Source: Trypanosoma brucei (Eukaryota). From it: DNA of 64,000 nucleotides. The first letter of the stretch is position 1; each line of letters starts with the position of its first letter. Shown piece after piece: positions 45,501 to 56,463 of the stretch. The notes under the pieces are model-generated. The model was not told the origin of the DNA and made no database searches. It saw only the letters and a list, made by a program, of their open reading frames with translations. A program made the translations under genes and the position numbers. The DNA is taken from NCBI GenBank assembly GCA_000002445.1, contig CH464491.1:5120001-5184000 (forward strand), in the 5' to 3' direction.

Positions 45501-46757
45501 TGGTGCAACCCGCAACATGCAGAGATAGGGCCAACAATACAAACAGCCCTACCTGTTGCGACACGCACTCTTCAGAGAACCTCCGAACCGACCAAATGTA
45601 CGGAATGTGATGCCACATACCAATGCCGCTCGAGTGCTGTAACGCACATGGTAAACAAACATGGCTTTGTGCGAGCTGATGCCCTCCGGAGAATCAAATA
45701 CGGCGATGCAACACCTGCAGTGGACATCCCCCCGGAGCCCCCTCCAGTGGTGGCGATCGTTCCTCTACCATCGAGCACACGAGTCCTGATAAGACCGCAG
45801 GTGCTTCATTGTACCCTCTGTGCCTCCAAATTCGCAGTGCCAGGCCGACTATTACACCACCTTAGAACAATACATGGCATAGGCAGCGGTAGTTGCCGCG
45901 TGAAAAGGGGTCGAGAGAACGAAGACTCATTGCAAGGAGATGGTAGAGCTCCAGCAGCGCTAGCCTCTCAGGATACACGGAAGCTGCCGTTTCAATGTGA
46001 CCTGTGCGAGCCGAGCTTCGGTACACGTTCTTCCCTGTCACTACACAAGAAATTCAAACATAAGGGCATGGTGACGGAGGACGGTACCGTGGTGTTGGTG
46101 CAATTCCCTCGTAAGCGTGCCCGTGAGGGAAACGTTGACGTCCCGGGGAAAGGCGAGGTGCAGTGTGGTGTGTGCCAAAAAGTGCTCAGTTGCAGGGACT
46201 CCCTCATCCGACACTGTAAGGCTTTCCACAAAGGTGAGGGAGTGGAGCTTAAATGCAGCAAAAGCACAAAATTGTGTGCCACTGATTCCCCGCATACAAA
46301 CGCATCCATCTTGGTGTGCCCGACATGCGGAAGGCAGTGTGCTAGCAAAACTGGCCTCACCCTACATCAAAAGAAGATGCACGGTATGAAGGTAGAGCGC
46401 GCTGTTACCAGCCAACGCGGCGAATGCGAAGAAACGTCGCTGCACTTGATGAGCTGTCCCGGTTTGAAGGAGTTACGTGTCAGGTTTGCGGTAGAATGTG
46501 AGTGTGTGCAGGATGTATGTTTCTCTAAAAGGCTGGCGCAGTTTCTCATTGCGGTTGAACGGAGCCGGCCGCAGGTGAAGTCCTCACCTAAGGTAACAGT
46601 CATACAACCCACTCTCCCTTCTGCAACTTCCCCCCTTATTGCCGAGTGTGGAGCCAGCAGGAAAAGCACCGGACGCAGGAATAGTCCAGACACCCTCAGA
46701 GACAGAGAGGGTATGCAGTCAACAAGCAACAGAAACAGAAAGAGGGAGAGAGAATAA
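42591..46757 (+). CDS. ingi-2 main ORF (1388 aa): APE C-terminal part, reverse transcriptase, RNase H, five C2H2 zinc fingers
   Basis: FADD RT motif; C2H2 units CTECDATYQCRSSAVTHMVNKHG, HCTLCASKFAVPGRLLHHLRTIHG, FQCDLCEPSFGTRSSLSLHKKFKHK, QCGVCQKVLSCRDSLIRHCKAFHKG, CPTCGRQCASKTGLTLHQKKMHG. Confidence 0.9.
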   Translation: MTLSRNCTVYTWTSLYSPDSDHHHIFFDVIVGDDTDALSCPRLRKPMYAWLKADWRNIRLKVDELCRKINREKNVNTLEQKLSFAIRIATKVSVPRGCRATPPHWTPELAKLDEEIAGCGPSHRREKFIATRKQILDRTTKKRWSTLCSRLAVSDRCSWHIVKKVYPPRPLTTPAVLVDNAAITDYRQAERFIKLYSSRARRYPDSHTPAPIKTIESEFSPITMAELQRSIKLLPSGSAAGHDCLYNEALQHLGRTALNVVLRLFNESLRTGVVPPAWKTGVIIPILKAGKKAEDLDSYRPVTLTSCLCKVMERIIAARLRDTVESQLTPQQSGFRPGCSTLEQLLHVRAALRRPTHQSRTGAVFVDYEKAFDTVDHDKIAREMHRMKVSPHIVKWCVSFLSNRTGRVRFKEKLSRSRTFERGVPQGTVLGPIMFIIVMNSLSQRLAEVPLLQHGFFADDLTLLARHTERDVINHTLQCGLNVVLQWSKEYFMSVNVAKTKCTLFGCIERHPLTLQLDGERIGADRTPKLLGVTFQCLQGMATHAAETRRKMDFRLLQIAAISASTWGPRRQVLRAFYLALVQAHTMYGIEVWYWDASERSRDLLVSAQHKASHIIAGIPHGTRKEDSLLEANLLPLKTTTLVRSMKFMLMCESRGGCLRRSAEEVYHSKHPVRALHSRIMRSYPQLRIEPREHPLETSTLRHSCRPIFHTQIKPVCADDPDDVKREASEKWIERHFARRGKEPPRREHYELWTDGSVSLGEKSGATALLYRSNTLICAPKTGAGELSCSYRAECVALEIGLQRLLKWLPAYRSTTSRLSIFSDSLSMLTALQTGPLAVTDPILRRLWRLLFQVQRRKIRIRLQFVFGHCGVKRNEVCDEMAKKAADLPQLRDTWIPNIIAYAKRVLRSEEVYENTHRFGITGNHFPTKPKKEELTREEETALARFRVGSSRHYGWMLRKINPSVPPQCRWCNPQHAEIGPTIQTALPVATRTLQRTSEPTKCTECDATYQCRSSAVTHMVNKHGFVRADALRRIKYGDATPAVDIPPEPPPVVAIVPLPSSTRVLIRPQVLHCTLCASKFAVPGRLLHHLRTIHGIGSGSCRVKRGRENEDSLQGDGRAPAALASQDTRKLPFQCDLCEPSFGTRSSLSLHKKFKHKGMVTEDGTVVLVQFPRKRAREGNVDVPGKGEVQCGVCQKVLSCRDSLIRHCKAFHKGEGVELKCSKSTKLCATDSPHTNASILVCPTCGRQCASKTGLTLHQKKMHGMKVERAVTSQRGECEETSLHLMSCPGLKELRVRFAVECECVQDVCFSKRLAQFLIAVERSRPQVKSSPKVTVIQPTLPSATSPLIAECGASRKSTGRRNSPDTLRDREGMQSTSNRNRKRERE

Positions 46758-47589
46758 TAAACGAATAACAAAAATCAAAATAAAAGGATTGCTAATTCAC
46801 ATCTTTTGGAGAGTCCGGGGTGGGGGGTTTCTCGCCCCATCTGCTGTATTCCGTTCAACTGCGGAGCTACAACAAAAAATTATAGAGAGTGTGTTAGGCT
46901 GAATAAAAAAGGGAGACTCTGCCACAGTCGCCAGACCGATAGCATCTCAGGGCTCTACGGTGATGGCTGATGGCCGCGCCAGTGGGGGGAAACTCCCACG
47001 AAGGCACGAAGAAAATTTGAAAAATATTTCTGTGTCTTCGTCTTTTCCTTTTTTATTTTGTGTTTTTTCCGTCGGTGATGTAGAGATCGTTTTACCGGTA
47101 GATTTTGTAGGTACATACGCTCGGTTGCCGTTGTGATCTGTTTCGTAATACTTACAGCATGTATGCTTATTGTTATTATGATCATTTTTCCATTTGAGCG
47201 TTTAAAATTGCATATAATCAATAAACATTCCTGTTTTTATGTTAATCGTTATCACTAAATTAAGATTGTTACGAGTTCACTGTTGTTTACGTGCTTTTTT
47301 GTTCTATCATTCGATTTCTCCTGCTTCTTTTATAATTATATTAATATGTAATGAAAACACGCTCCTCTAATTATTACGGTTACTATATTATTATAACGCT
47401 ACACAATATCCACAAGGAAAATAAGTCATGTTCGAAAATGTTTTCTAATTTACACTTTATATGAAAAACTATTGATATTTATCAAGTGTGAGTAATTTTA
47501 GAAAGTTCTTTCAAAAACGAAAACTTTCATAGTTTCCACAATTTTCATATAATTTAGCAAAAATCTTTTAAAAATAATTCTTTAAAGTG

Positions 47590-49071
47590 TTATACTATAA
47601 TAAAAAATGCAAGCAAAAAAGGGGCATTATTAATTAAAAGAAAATTGCTTCCTGTGTTGTTTGTTTTTCCATCTTTATCTTCTTGGTTTGCTTTTTCTAG
47701 TGCTTGTTTTCTTTCCTTGATCAATGTACACTTTTTGTCCTTCTCGCCATCTTTGTTGAAAACGCACTCCTTATCCTTTAGTTTTTCGCATGCTTCTTGG
47801 TCATCTCCTGCTGCATTGCAAACTTTCTCCTTGTCTTGCACACTTGGAACTTTGCACTTAGAATTTTCCGTTGCCTTTTGTAATTCCTTGCCCTTCGCAG
47901 CTAGCTCCTGAACTCTTTGTCTCTCATAGTGCGTTAATATTAGGTTTAGTTGCCTAAGCTCTTTTATCTTACCGAGTTCTGTGTTTCCGTCTTTTTGGTC
48001 TGTGAATAGGCTATTGGGTATTGAGTTGCTGTCAATTGTGGCCCACAATTTGGCTAGGTCATGTTTTTTCGTTGCGCCGTACGTATTGGTAATTGTGTTT
48101 TCCGCTGCAGTTTTGTGGCTGACGTCGCTGTAGTCGTCGGTGTTGTTGAGCAGGCTGTCGTGCACTGCGGCTTTCGTTCGCTTACTTCTTTTCAAGTTGC
48201 TAATTTCTGTTTTTTCTTGCGTGCTGAGCTGTAGCATTCTGCTCTGCAGGTGTTCAGCCAGTGCCTTTCTGGCGTTAAAGTAAAGCACCGGTGTGTTTGA
48301 GGTTGCCTGTTTGTCGAAGGTTTGTAGGTCTTTGGTTGAAAGGTCGGCGCCGTTTGGCGGCAGTTCAAAGAAACCCCCGGCGTAAGGTACGGCCGCGGCT
48401 GTCTGTCCGCCGTTGGTGATACCGCCGCCGCCGGTTTGCCCTTTCGTTAGGGCGCAGTTTTTGCTAGCGTCTGTGTGGCCGCCGGCGGCGCCGGTTATTC
48501 TAGCGGCTTTGAAAAGCGCTTCTGGCGTGTGGCCGTAGTCTTGGGGCGGTTCTGTCGCTCCTTCCGTAACAGCCAGCTTGCATTGCCCGAGGTTGGCCGC
48601 CCCTTGGGTTGCGTCGCCCGTCCCGGCCTCTATAAGACAGCCGTGCGTACCGCTGGACGAATGAGCTTGTGCTGCTATTGTTAGAAATTCAGTTATTCCG
48701 CCGTGAAGGAAATTTGAGTGCGCAGTTGACTTGATTGCCTTGTCTACGCCATCTTTAAGGTCCGCGATAGAGGTCCCTTGTAGTTCGTCTTGAGCTAGCA
48801 GAATTGGAAAGAGCTCCAGTGCTTGTTGCGCCGGCTGCCTGGCTACGTATATGCGCAACTTTAAGTCGGCCACCGCTTGGTTATGTAACTGGTCGAGCTT
48901 GCTACTGACGTCGGCTCGTACTTTCTGAGTCAGGCCTGCCAGCGTCGCTGAAATGTCGCAAAGGGGCTTCCACGCCGCTGCTGAGATGCCGTTGCCGCCT
49001 GTTGCTGCACCGCGCCTGGTCGCTATACCGAGCACTAGCGCAGTTGCTACCATCGCCTGGTGCGGCTTCAT
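47590..49071 (-). CDS. VSG: VSG, intact (493 aa; signal peptide MKPHQAMVATALVLGIATRRGAA; GPI signal GSNFLLINNAPFLLAFFIIV); no 16-mer in 3' flank
   Basis: Uninterrupted ORF; C-domain CKVPSVQDKEKVCNAAGDDQEACEKLKDKECVFNKDGEKDKKC. Confidence 0.85.
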   Translation of the reverse strand: MKPHQAMVATALVLGIATRRGAATGGNGISAAAWKPLCDISATLAGLTQKVRADVSSKLDQLHNQAVADLKLRIYVARQPAQQALELFPILLAQDELQGTSIADLKDGVDKAIKSTAHSNFLHGGITEFLTIAAQAHSSSGTHGCLIEAGTGDATQGAANLGQCKLAVTEGATEPPQDYGHTPEALFKAARITGAAGGHTDASKNCALTKGQTGGGGITNGGQTAAAVPYAGGFFELPPNGADLSTKDLQTFDKQATSNTPVLYFNARKALAEHLQSRMLQLSTQEKTEISNLKRSKRTKAAVHDSLLNNTDDYSDVSHKTAAENTITNTYGATKKHDLAKLWATIDSNSIPNSLFTDQKDGNTELGKIKELRQLNLILTHYERQRVQELAAKGKELQKATENSKCKVPSVQDKEKVCNAAGDDQEACEKLKDKECVFNKDGEKDKKCTLIKERKQALEKANQEDKDGKTNNTGSNFLLINNAPFLLAFFIIV

Positions 49072-49934
49072 GTCGGTCGTGTCGGGCTGTTATTTTTTTC
49101 GCTTGCTTGTATTTGCTGTTAGTTTTGCCCTTCAAGTAAAAAGACTTGCGGCTGGCCTGCGCATGCCGTGAACCATTAGGTACGCCGTTTGTTTCCGAAA
49201 TGTATATTAAAAGAATAAAAATATATAAAAACAGCTATTTGACATCCACTTTGCTTCGTTAGCTACACATTTCCGTCATTTTTTGCTTTTCCCTGTATAC
49301 ACGCCGCTTGTCGCTTGAGTTTGAACAAACACTCACATATTGCCGATCTACTACCCTTCCTTTTGTACATTCTCAATAATGTTTTAACTTACCCATAAGC
49401 CCCCGCTTAAACCCCCGAATTTTTTACTCCACCTTGTCTTGCTGTTTCAACCTTAACCAGACTTACAGAGTATGTGCTGAGTGCCTGTGGCTCTGCTGTC
49501 CGCTTTTTAACGTTTGTACTGACGCCTGATTAAAAACCGCAGTTATTATCATTATCTCGCCAATGAAATTTGTCAATTTGTAAGTGAAATTTGAGGCACA
49601 ATATCCTCATGTATTATTATCTTCTTTGCCGAGTTTTTGCAAGTTCTGCGGTTGCCTTATATGTCCCCTTTTTTTACCTGTCGCTTAACTCGCTACAATT
49701 AGCGGAGCTCCGTCGCCTTACTTTCACACTGCAGCCTCCGCCCTCATTACTCCCACTTCAAAGATTATACTTGACACCTCACAAATTTCATATATATTTT
49801 CCTCTGTGTTACTCTGCGGCATCGTCCCTAATAGTCCTTGCACCTGGTGTTCCACATAGTATTAGTTACTCATCTTCGTTGTTTACTGATCATTCAGCTT
49901 GTCGTTTCGACATTCAGCTGCAGTGTTACCTTCC

Positions 49935-49981
49935 CTACTGAATTTATTATATTTGTATATACACTCTCACAACAAACTCCT

Positions 49982-50058
<77 letters not shown>

Positions 50059-50065
50059 TTTATCC
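49935..50065 (-). repeat. 70-bp repeat with long (TAA)n tract (about 49984-50055)
   Basis: tttgtatatacactctcacaacaaactcctattatcattatc(att)~23. Confidence 0.85.
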
Positions 50066-50254
50066 CAATTTTATTTTAATAGTCATGAAAAATGAATTGA
50101 ATAAAATAAAAAACCGTTCATTTTTCATGACTATTACCATATTAATTTGCACCCATAGGATACTATCATACGAATTTTACTGAAATTATAATTTTTTAAT
50201 ACTTTTAAATTTCTCAAAAAAGCAAAATTTAACACATTTTTTATCATCTAAGCA

Positions 50255-50480
50255 AAACTGCAAGCAAAAGATGCACCTCATTAATTACAAACGAATTACT
50301 TCCTGTGGTGTTTGTTTTACCTGTTGTCCCCGTTGTCCCTTCCACTTTAGCCTTGCACTCCCCATCTTTGAATTCACAGCCATCCTTTTCGTTGCATTTA
50401 GTTTCGTCTATTCATTCCTTGCATTCCTTGTTCTTTGTCCGTGTTTTTTTTGCGTTTGATTCAAATTTATTCTGCGCTTT
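50255..50480 (-). pseudogene. VSG: VSG C-terminal fragment (CNEKDGCEFKDGECKAKVEGTTGTTGKTNTTGSNSFVINEVHLLLAVLLR*)
   Basis: Manual minus-strand translation. Confidence 0.65.
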
Positions 50481-51930
50481 CTCTTTTCTGTATTAGTCTC
50501 CTAAAAAAAACCCCATTGCCCAAGCGTAGTCTCTGCATGTACTTAATGAGATTAAACCGCTGCTAATTTTTTTACTGCTGATTTAGAAGTCCATCTTGTT
50601 GTCTTCCAGCTCTTTTAAAAATCTTTCATTCACTGTACCATCGGTGGAGCCCAGGAGCTCCTAGACAGCTTTCTTCAAGGCTTTACTTTGAAGTGCTGAT
50701 TCTTGTGGCCGAGCTGTTATTAGAAACGCCGCCGTTGCAACATCTACTTCTCTGTGTAGGTCCCCTAATTTTTGGTGGATAACTTGTCTAGTAGATTTAA
50801 GGTTATGATCTTGCCTGTGCATATTGCGAAGGCTGATGCTTTTTGGCTGACATACGATTGTTTGTCTTTGGTTTCGTCGTGCTAGCAAGCCACGCCAGCG
50901 CCGGTTGGTCTGAGTTCTAAACGGCTGACAGTGTCCCAGGCCGCCGTTCTCGTTAGCGGTTATAGCAACAGGCCGTCTTCGACCCTGCTGATGTCCGCCG
51001 CGCCGGTTTGCGCGTATGCCGCGTTGTCTGGCGTTTGTGGGGTTATTGCGGTGCCGAATTTCCCTATCGTAAAAATCTTGGCTCTCAGCCCTGTTTGCCT
51101 GAAGCCTTCATCTTTTACTGCTACGAAGTGCGTCAGTGTTGGTGATTTGTCCGCATTCTCTTTTTTTTGCATCGGTTGAGGGTTCATCGGCGCAATTGTG
51201 TGGTATGGGTGCTTTCCGGCTGATTGTTACCGTGCAGAGTTTACCTGCCGCTCCTCCGATGTTAGAACCGCTTGGTACGCTGCTCGCATGGGTCAGCTTT
51301 GACGTTGGTGAAAACTGCAGACCACTCGCTGCTTTAAGCTGTGCGATTCTGACATGTACTCTGTTTATCGTCGATTGTAGATTTGGTTCCTTGTCGCTGA
51401 CATCTTGTTGTAGCCTGTTCTCCCGTCTTGTCGCTGCCGCCGCGAGAGCGGTCCGCATGATTTTATTTTTTCCACTGCTGGCCAGACATGCCGCCGCTTG
51501 CTACGCCACTGCTTCCTGCTGCAATTCTCTGGCGCGCTAATCTGCGGCGCTTAGCCGCGCTTGGAAGTTCGTTTCGATGTGCTCTAGGAACTTGATTTTT
51601 TGGCAGCCATTCGTTTCCGCTTTTGCAGCAGTTTCTGAACCTTGTGATCGATGCATCAGAAAAAATCAGCGTGACGAAGGCGATTTTCAGGAAATTTTGC
51701 TGTCTAGCGGCTTATCCATGTTTTAAGCTTTGGATTTCGGTCTTATTCCTCTGTCTTAGAGCAGACAATTTTAGAAGAAACGTTGCTCCGACTTTCCGTG
51801 CTACGGTTTCTGTAAGGCCACCAAAGCCGCTGGCTTACTTACCTTATTCAATTACCTCGGTTGTTGGTTCTTTGCTGGTTTCGTATTCTACTGCTATGCG
51901 CTCGAGGTTCTTAGTGTTTGCTTTGCTGGA
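50480..51930 (-). pseudogene. Degenerate VSG-related sequence (possible N-domain remnants, e.g. …QLKAASGLQFSPTSKLTHASSVPSGSNIGGAAGKLCTVTISRK…)
   Basis: ORFs 51108-51458 and 50960-51187 minus are only weakly VSG-like; a VSG is expected here from array periodicity. Confidence 0.3.
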
Positions 51931-53039
51931 GGTTTAAAACGTGAAAAAAATGGAAATAAGTTAAGACACAGAATCTCCATTTTAAAACTCAACCAATATC
52001 ACCCCACATTTATATGTGAAACAAGTAAAATTTATGTTTGGTGTGTTCCTCTAATGTGTCTCAACTCGTGTTGTGTTGATGTATCATCAATAACTATATA
52101 ACAGTGACGCTTTGTCTTTACGAATGAGCTTGAGTATTTCACGCAGCCTCTCTGACTGTTTTTTGCCTCTTTAGCTTCCTTGTCGATCACCGGGGCCCTT
52201 TTTGCAGTGATTCTCTTTTAATTTGTTGTTACAGTCCTTTACTGCCGTATCAGGGTATATTTTAACGTTAATTAGTTGTTAATTGAAAGGCTGGAGCGTC
52301 TATTCTCTGTATCAATGGAGCGCGGATAGAGTGCAATTTTCAACACTCTGCACTTCATACAAAGTTCGCCAGAAACTGCATATATGAGCAATTCAAAGCA
52401 TTGTCCGAGTTCTCTTTCCTCTTTTTCTCTGCACTGTAATCCATTTATATTTCCGTTATAAAATGTCCCACATGACTAAATTATATTGTGTTCCATAAAT
52501 GGTATACATTATTACAATATCTGATGGAAGGATAAATTAGACGTTACCTCGTATTTACACAACACTTTTATGCGTTAGCTTCTTCGTTTCTGGACATTAT
52601 GGCCCGCCATCACATTAACAAACTACAGTTGTCAACATCTCCGCTGTTGAATCTCTCCATCTTTGGGGAAAATGTAGAGCACAACATCCTTCCGTATTAC
52701 TTCTCCGCTACACTACAGCTCATCCTGTTACTTCACTCTGCATTTTCTTTCCTTTATCGTTTACTATTTCTAGTTCTGAAAATAACGTAGTGACTCGATT
52801 TTGTCTGAACACTTGTTTTAACTCTAAATATTTTTTCATACCTCCATCAGCTCCATATGTGTGATTTTGGGAAGCTTCATGTTTTATGTTGGAAAATGCG
52901 CATATGCTATCTCCTCCACCTTTACTCTACTCTTTCTTTCAAATTCTTCTCATGCCTTCACTTCCCACTCAACAGCTGACACACATACTCACAGTACACC
53001 TCGATGTTGTTCTAAGTGCTTCAACTTTGTGCTTCCAGT

Positions 53040-53115
53040 TGTTTTCCACCACCGCTCTTATTATAATATTCGTATATACACACTCACAAAACTTTCCTAT
53101 TATTATTATAAACCT
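53040..53115 (-). repeat. 70-bp repeat
   Basis: ctcttattataatattcgtatatacacactcacaaaactttcctattattattat. Confidence 0.8.
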
Positions 53116-53379
53116 AACTAATATGTATAAAAGACTCAAATTAATAATAGTAATAATTTTGCTAACACTAACACCTTGTTTCTATACACGCACAGGCCAC
53201 AATTTTACACATATTACTTTTATTATTCAAAATTTTCAAAATTTCACATTTTAATCAAAAAGTGTAAGAATATGTCAAATTGTATCAAATTATCCAAAAT
53301 TATCTTAAAATAGCAATTTTTGATAAATATCATAAAGTTTCATTAAATTGGGAAAAAATACTTTAAAGTTCTTAAATGC

Positions 53380-54803
53380 TGCCAAAACTAACGCAGCAAA
53401 CACCTGAGGAAAAAACTCTCAAATTACTAAAAAACGACTTTTCAGCTTTTTTGTCAGTTAAAACTTTAGGAAAGCATTTCGGGTCTTTTTTCTTATCAAA
53501 ATCACAGCCTTTTTCATCCTTGCAGGGTTTTTCTGTGGTATGTTTTTTGCATTCGTCTGCTGTTTTGGTTGGGCAAGAGAAACTTTCCTGTTTTTAATTC
53601 TTTTTTTCTTCTTCGACGATGAGGCTTTTGACAGTGTGATAAGTTTGAGCTGCCGCTAGTTCTTTGGGGTCAGTTATTGTTGACAGCTGCTTGTTTCCAT
53701 CTCTTCCAACTGCCGCTTTTGCGGGTTTTAGGTCGTTCAGTTCTTTGATTATTGTATTTTTAACAGCCTCGTTATTATTTCCGAACGCTGATTTAAGGAA
53801 TGCGTCGACTTTTGGTGTTTTTTGCTATCTGAGTATGTTGCGTCGTCACCGTCAATCGCCTTGGCTATTAGTTCCTTTAGTTTCTGCTCAGTGGCTAACG
53901 TTGTAATCGGTGTTTCTGTTGTTGCAGCTTCTAGTGCCGCTTCTGCGTTTTGCATCTTTAATATTTCTGCCAGTTCCATTTTTATTGTTTTCGCTGATGG
54001 GATCGCGGTTTTTAATCCGACTTCGCTGTAGGCCTGGGTGCCGCCTCTGGCTTGCAGCTTCACCTCTACCTGCTGATTTTTGAAGAGCTTGCCGCCTTTA
54101 ATGCCTATCCCGGTTGCTGTTCCCGACGTACAGCGGCTCCTACCAGTTACACTGCCGCTTGTGCTGCCCTTCCCCACAAAGTTAGGTCGTCACAGGCGTT
54201 AGTGCCGGGCGTCGCTTCAACTGCTGTGTATAAGATGACTGTTGGCTGTGCTGGAGCAGGCGTGTCGGCGAGTGTTGTAGCCGCTCTTGCCTCTTCGTTT
54301 TTCATCCACACTCCATGGGGTTGCATGCTGATATGTGGTGTTATCTTGGTGTCTGTGGTGTCCGTTACCGCCGCACTTGCCGTTTTCAAGGCGGCGTCTT
54401 GTATCTTGGCGTTGCCAATTTCTTGCAATGTCTCCTGGCTGCAGGCTAAGTTCCCTGCCGCTATAAGCCCTGACAATATTTTTCTAGCGTCAGCAGCAAC
54501 CGCCTTCATGATCTTTTGTGCCTCACGTTGCTTTGCTTGTGCTAGGATCGCTGCGCCGGCGCCGTAGTAACCAGAACGCGTTGCTGCTATTACCTGTAGT
54601 CGGCTTGCCTCCTGAGTTTGCCTTAGGGCTGTGGTTAGGGCATTGGTTAGCAAGGTTTCCGCAGATTTGGCTATCTTCCTCAGTTGTGCCGTCGCATCGC
54701 ATGGCGTGACTGCCTTCAGCTTCGCCGGTTTCGCCTCGACGAGAGTATGCAGCATTGTTGTTAGCAGTACCGCTAGAAATACTACATTTTGCACCTTTGC
54801 CAT
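53380..54803 (-). pseudogene. VSG: VSG pseudogene (N-domain ORF 54147-54803 with signal peptide MAKVQNVVFLAVLLTTMLHTLVEA; ORF 53749-54177; C-terminal part frame-shifted, …ADECKKHTTEKPCKDEKGCDFDKKKDPKCFPK…)
   Basis: Consecutive VSG-like ORFs in different frames. Confidence 0.75.
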
Positions 54804-56134
54804 CGCTTTTTCGTTGTTTCTATCTACTGAACGCTTTCTTGATTTAGCCTTTGGAGTTGTATAAGCCTTTTTCCTGACCCTGTCATAATTTTTATGGGGG
54901 TGCGAAGAAATGTTGTGTTGCTCCCTTTAGTTGTTCGGTATGCCCCGTTGGTTCTATTTTATGTATTCCAATCTATGCGTCCGCACCGGCAGCAGTACAT
55001 TATTATGGTGTTGAAGAGCGTGGATGCCGCTTGGCGAATATCGCTTTAATCTCTGGCCTGTCTTTTAGTATCTGAAAGTACAAATCTCATCTGGGAGCCT
55101 ACCTGTCTCTTGCTAGCTATTATCAAAGCGGCTGCACAACCCGACATTTTGCTTGCAACCAGAATCAGCTTGTGCACCTACATTTACTGGGTTGGTTTCC
55201 CTTGAGTTTTAGTGCAATCCGCGGTTCATTCTTCTAAATTTACTTGATTTAGTCTTACTATCGGTCTTATGCATCTCAGTTGAGAGTTATTGAGTTTGCA
55301 TCTATTACTACGTAAATCCAGTCCTACGATCCTTTGAAAGAACATTCCTCTCTCTTCCCTTGGTGTTCCCGTGGTTGTCAGCCCTCTGCAAAACTTTCGA
55401 AACTTTGTTATGTGGTTGATACGCTCTATCAAATGTGGCTTGGACTTGGTTTCGATATGGATTACTGGTTCGTTGAAATCTCATAGTCACTGGACAGTAT
55501 ATATTCACAATTGATGGCATATTCTCATTGATCTTCTCCACTTTGTATGGATTATCCATTAGTTTATATATTTGTTATTTTAAGCATTTTCAGATTTGTT
55601 TTTATTTCCATTTTTAATTACACAGTAATCAAATAGTCTCAGTTTTAAAATTCTCCTCCCATAATATAATATTGTTTCACCCAAATATTGACAACTTTTA
55701 CTATAATCAATGAGAGTATAATTTTAATAGTACCGAAAATTTACACAATCCTTTTCATTTCTTTGTTCTACTTCAGCGCTGGACACTAGGATTCACCATA
55801 AGATTAAAAACCACAAATACCACCAATATCTCGGCTGCAGCACTTATCCATTTTTGAGTTAAATACGGCCCACAATGCCTTCTTCCTCTACTATTTTCTT
55901 TTGTACCTGAAGACGGCGCGCTACTTAGTAACTCTATTTGGCAATCAAATATTGTCCTCTCCACCATCTCCTTGTGTGCGGTAATGGCCATCAATATGTT
56001 TATGTTGATCACCGTGCACATTCCATCTCTACTTCTCTCTTTTACCCTCTCCCACTAATTTACTCGATCACTCTCGTTTCGCCTTTTCTATTATTTTAAC
56101 TTCTTTTATTTTGGGATTGTAATTCGTTATCACC

Positions 56135-56215
56135 ACCACTTTTATTATAATATTCTTTTATACACACTCACAACACACTCTCCTCTTCCTTATTATTACT
56201 ATTTCTTTTTAATAT
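56135..56215 (-). repeat. 70-bp repeat
   Basis: cttttattataatattcttttatacacactcacaacacactctcc. Confidence 0.75.
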
Positions 56216-56463
56216 TCATAAAAGAAAAAAAAGAAACATAATTTAAATGACACTTATTTTTCATACCCTCTCACTCCACTACTTTACATCCATAAGCCAT
56301 AATTATGAACATTTTAGTAAAAATTACATATTTTAGAGTTTTTATATTTCCTAAAGATTTTACAAAAGTATGAAAATGTATCATATCTTATGTAATTTAG
56401 AAAATTGTCTCAAAATAAAATATTTAATTGTTTTCATAAAATTGAGTACAAATCTTTATAATT

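Larger units (their letters stand above)
41771..47016 (+). mobile_element. ingi: ingi non-LTR retrotransposon, full length; single reading frame with three in-frame stops (42075, 42510, 42525); Pr77-like 5' hallmark; 2A peptide; APE, RT, RNase H, 5x C2H2 fingers; A-rich 3' end
   Basis: 5' end ccctggcgatgccggccacctcaacgtggtgccagggtccagtaccccgtatcatcgggggaagccaagagccagcag; LLSGDVEENPGP at 42000-42035; all ORF pieces are in one frame. Confidence 0.95.

Noticed and set aside
45590-46400. Cluster of five C2H2 zinc fingers (and the equivalent ORFs 25461-26394), which could be read as a host transcription factor gene
   Set aside because: It is contiguous and in frame with the ingi RT/RNase H ORF. 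It is the element's C-terminal nucleic-acid-binding domain.
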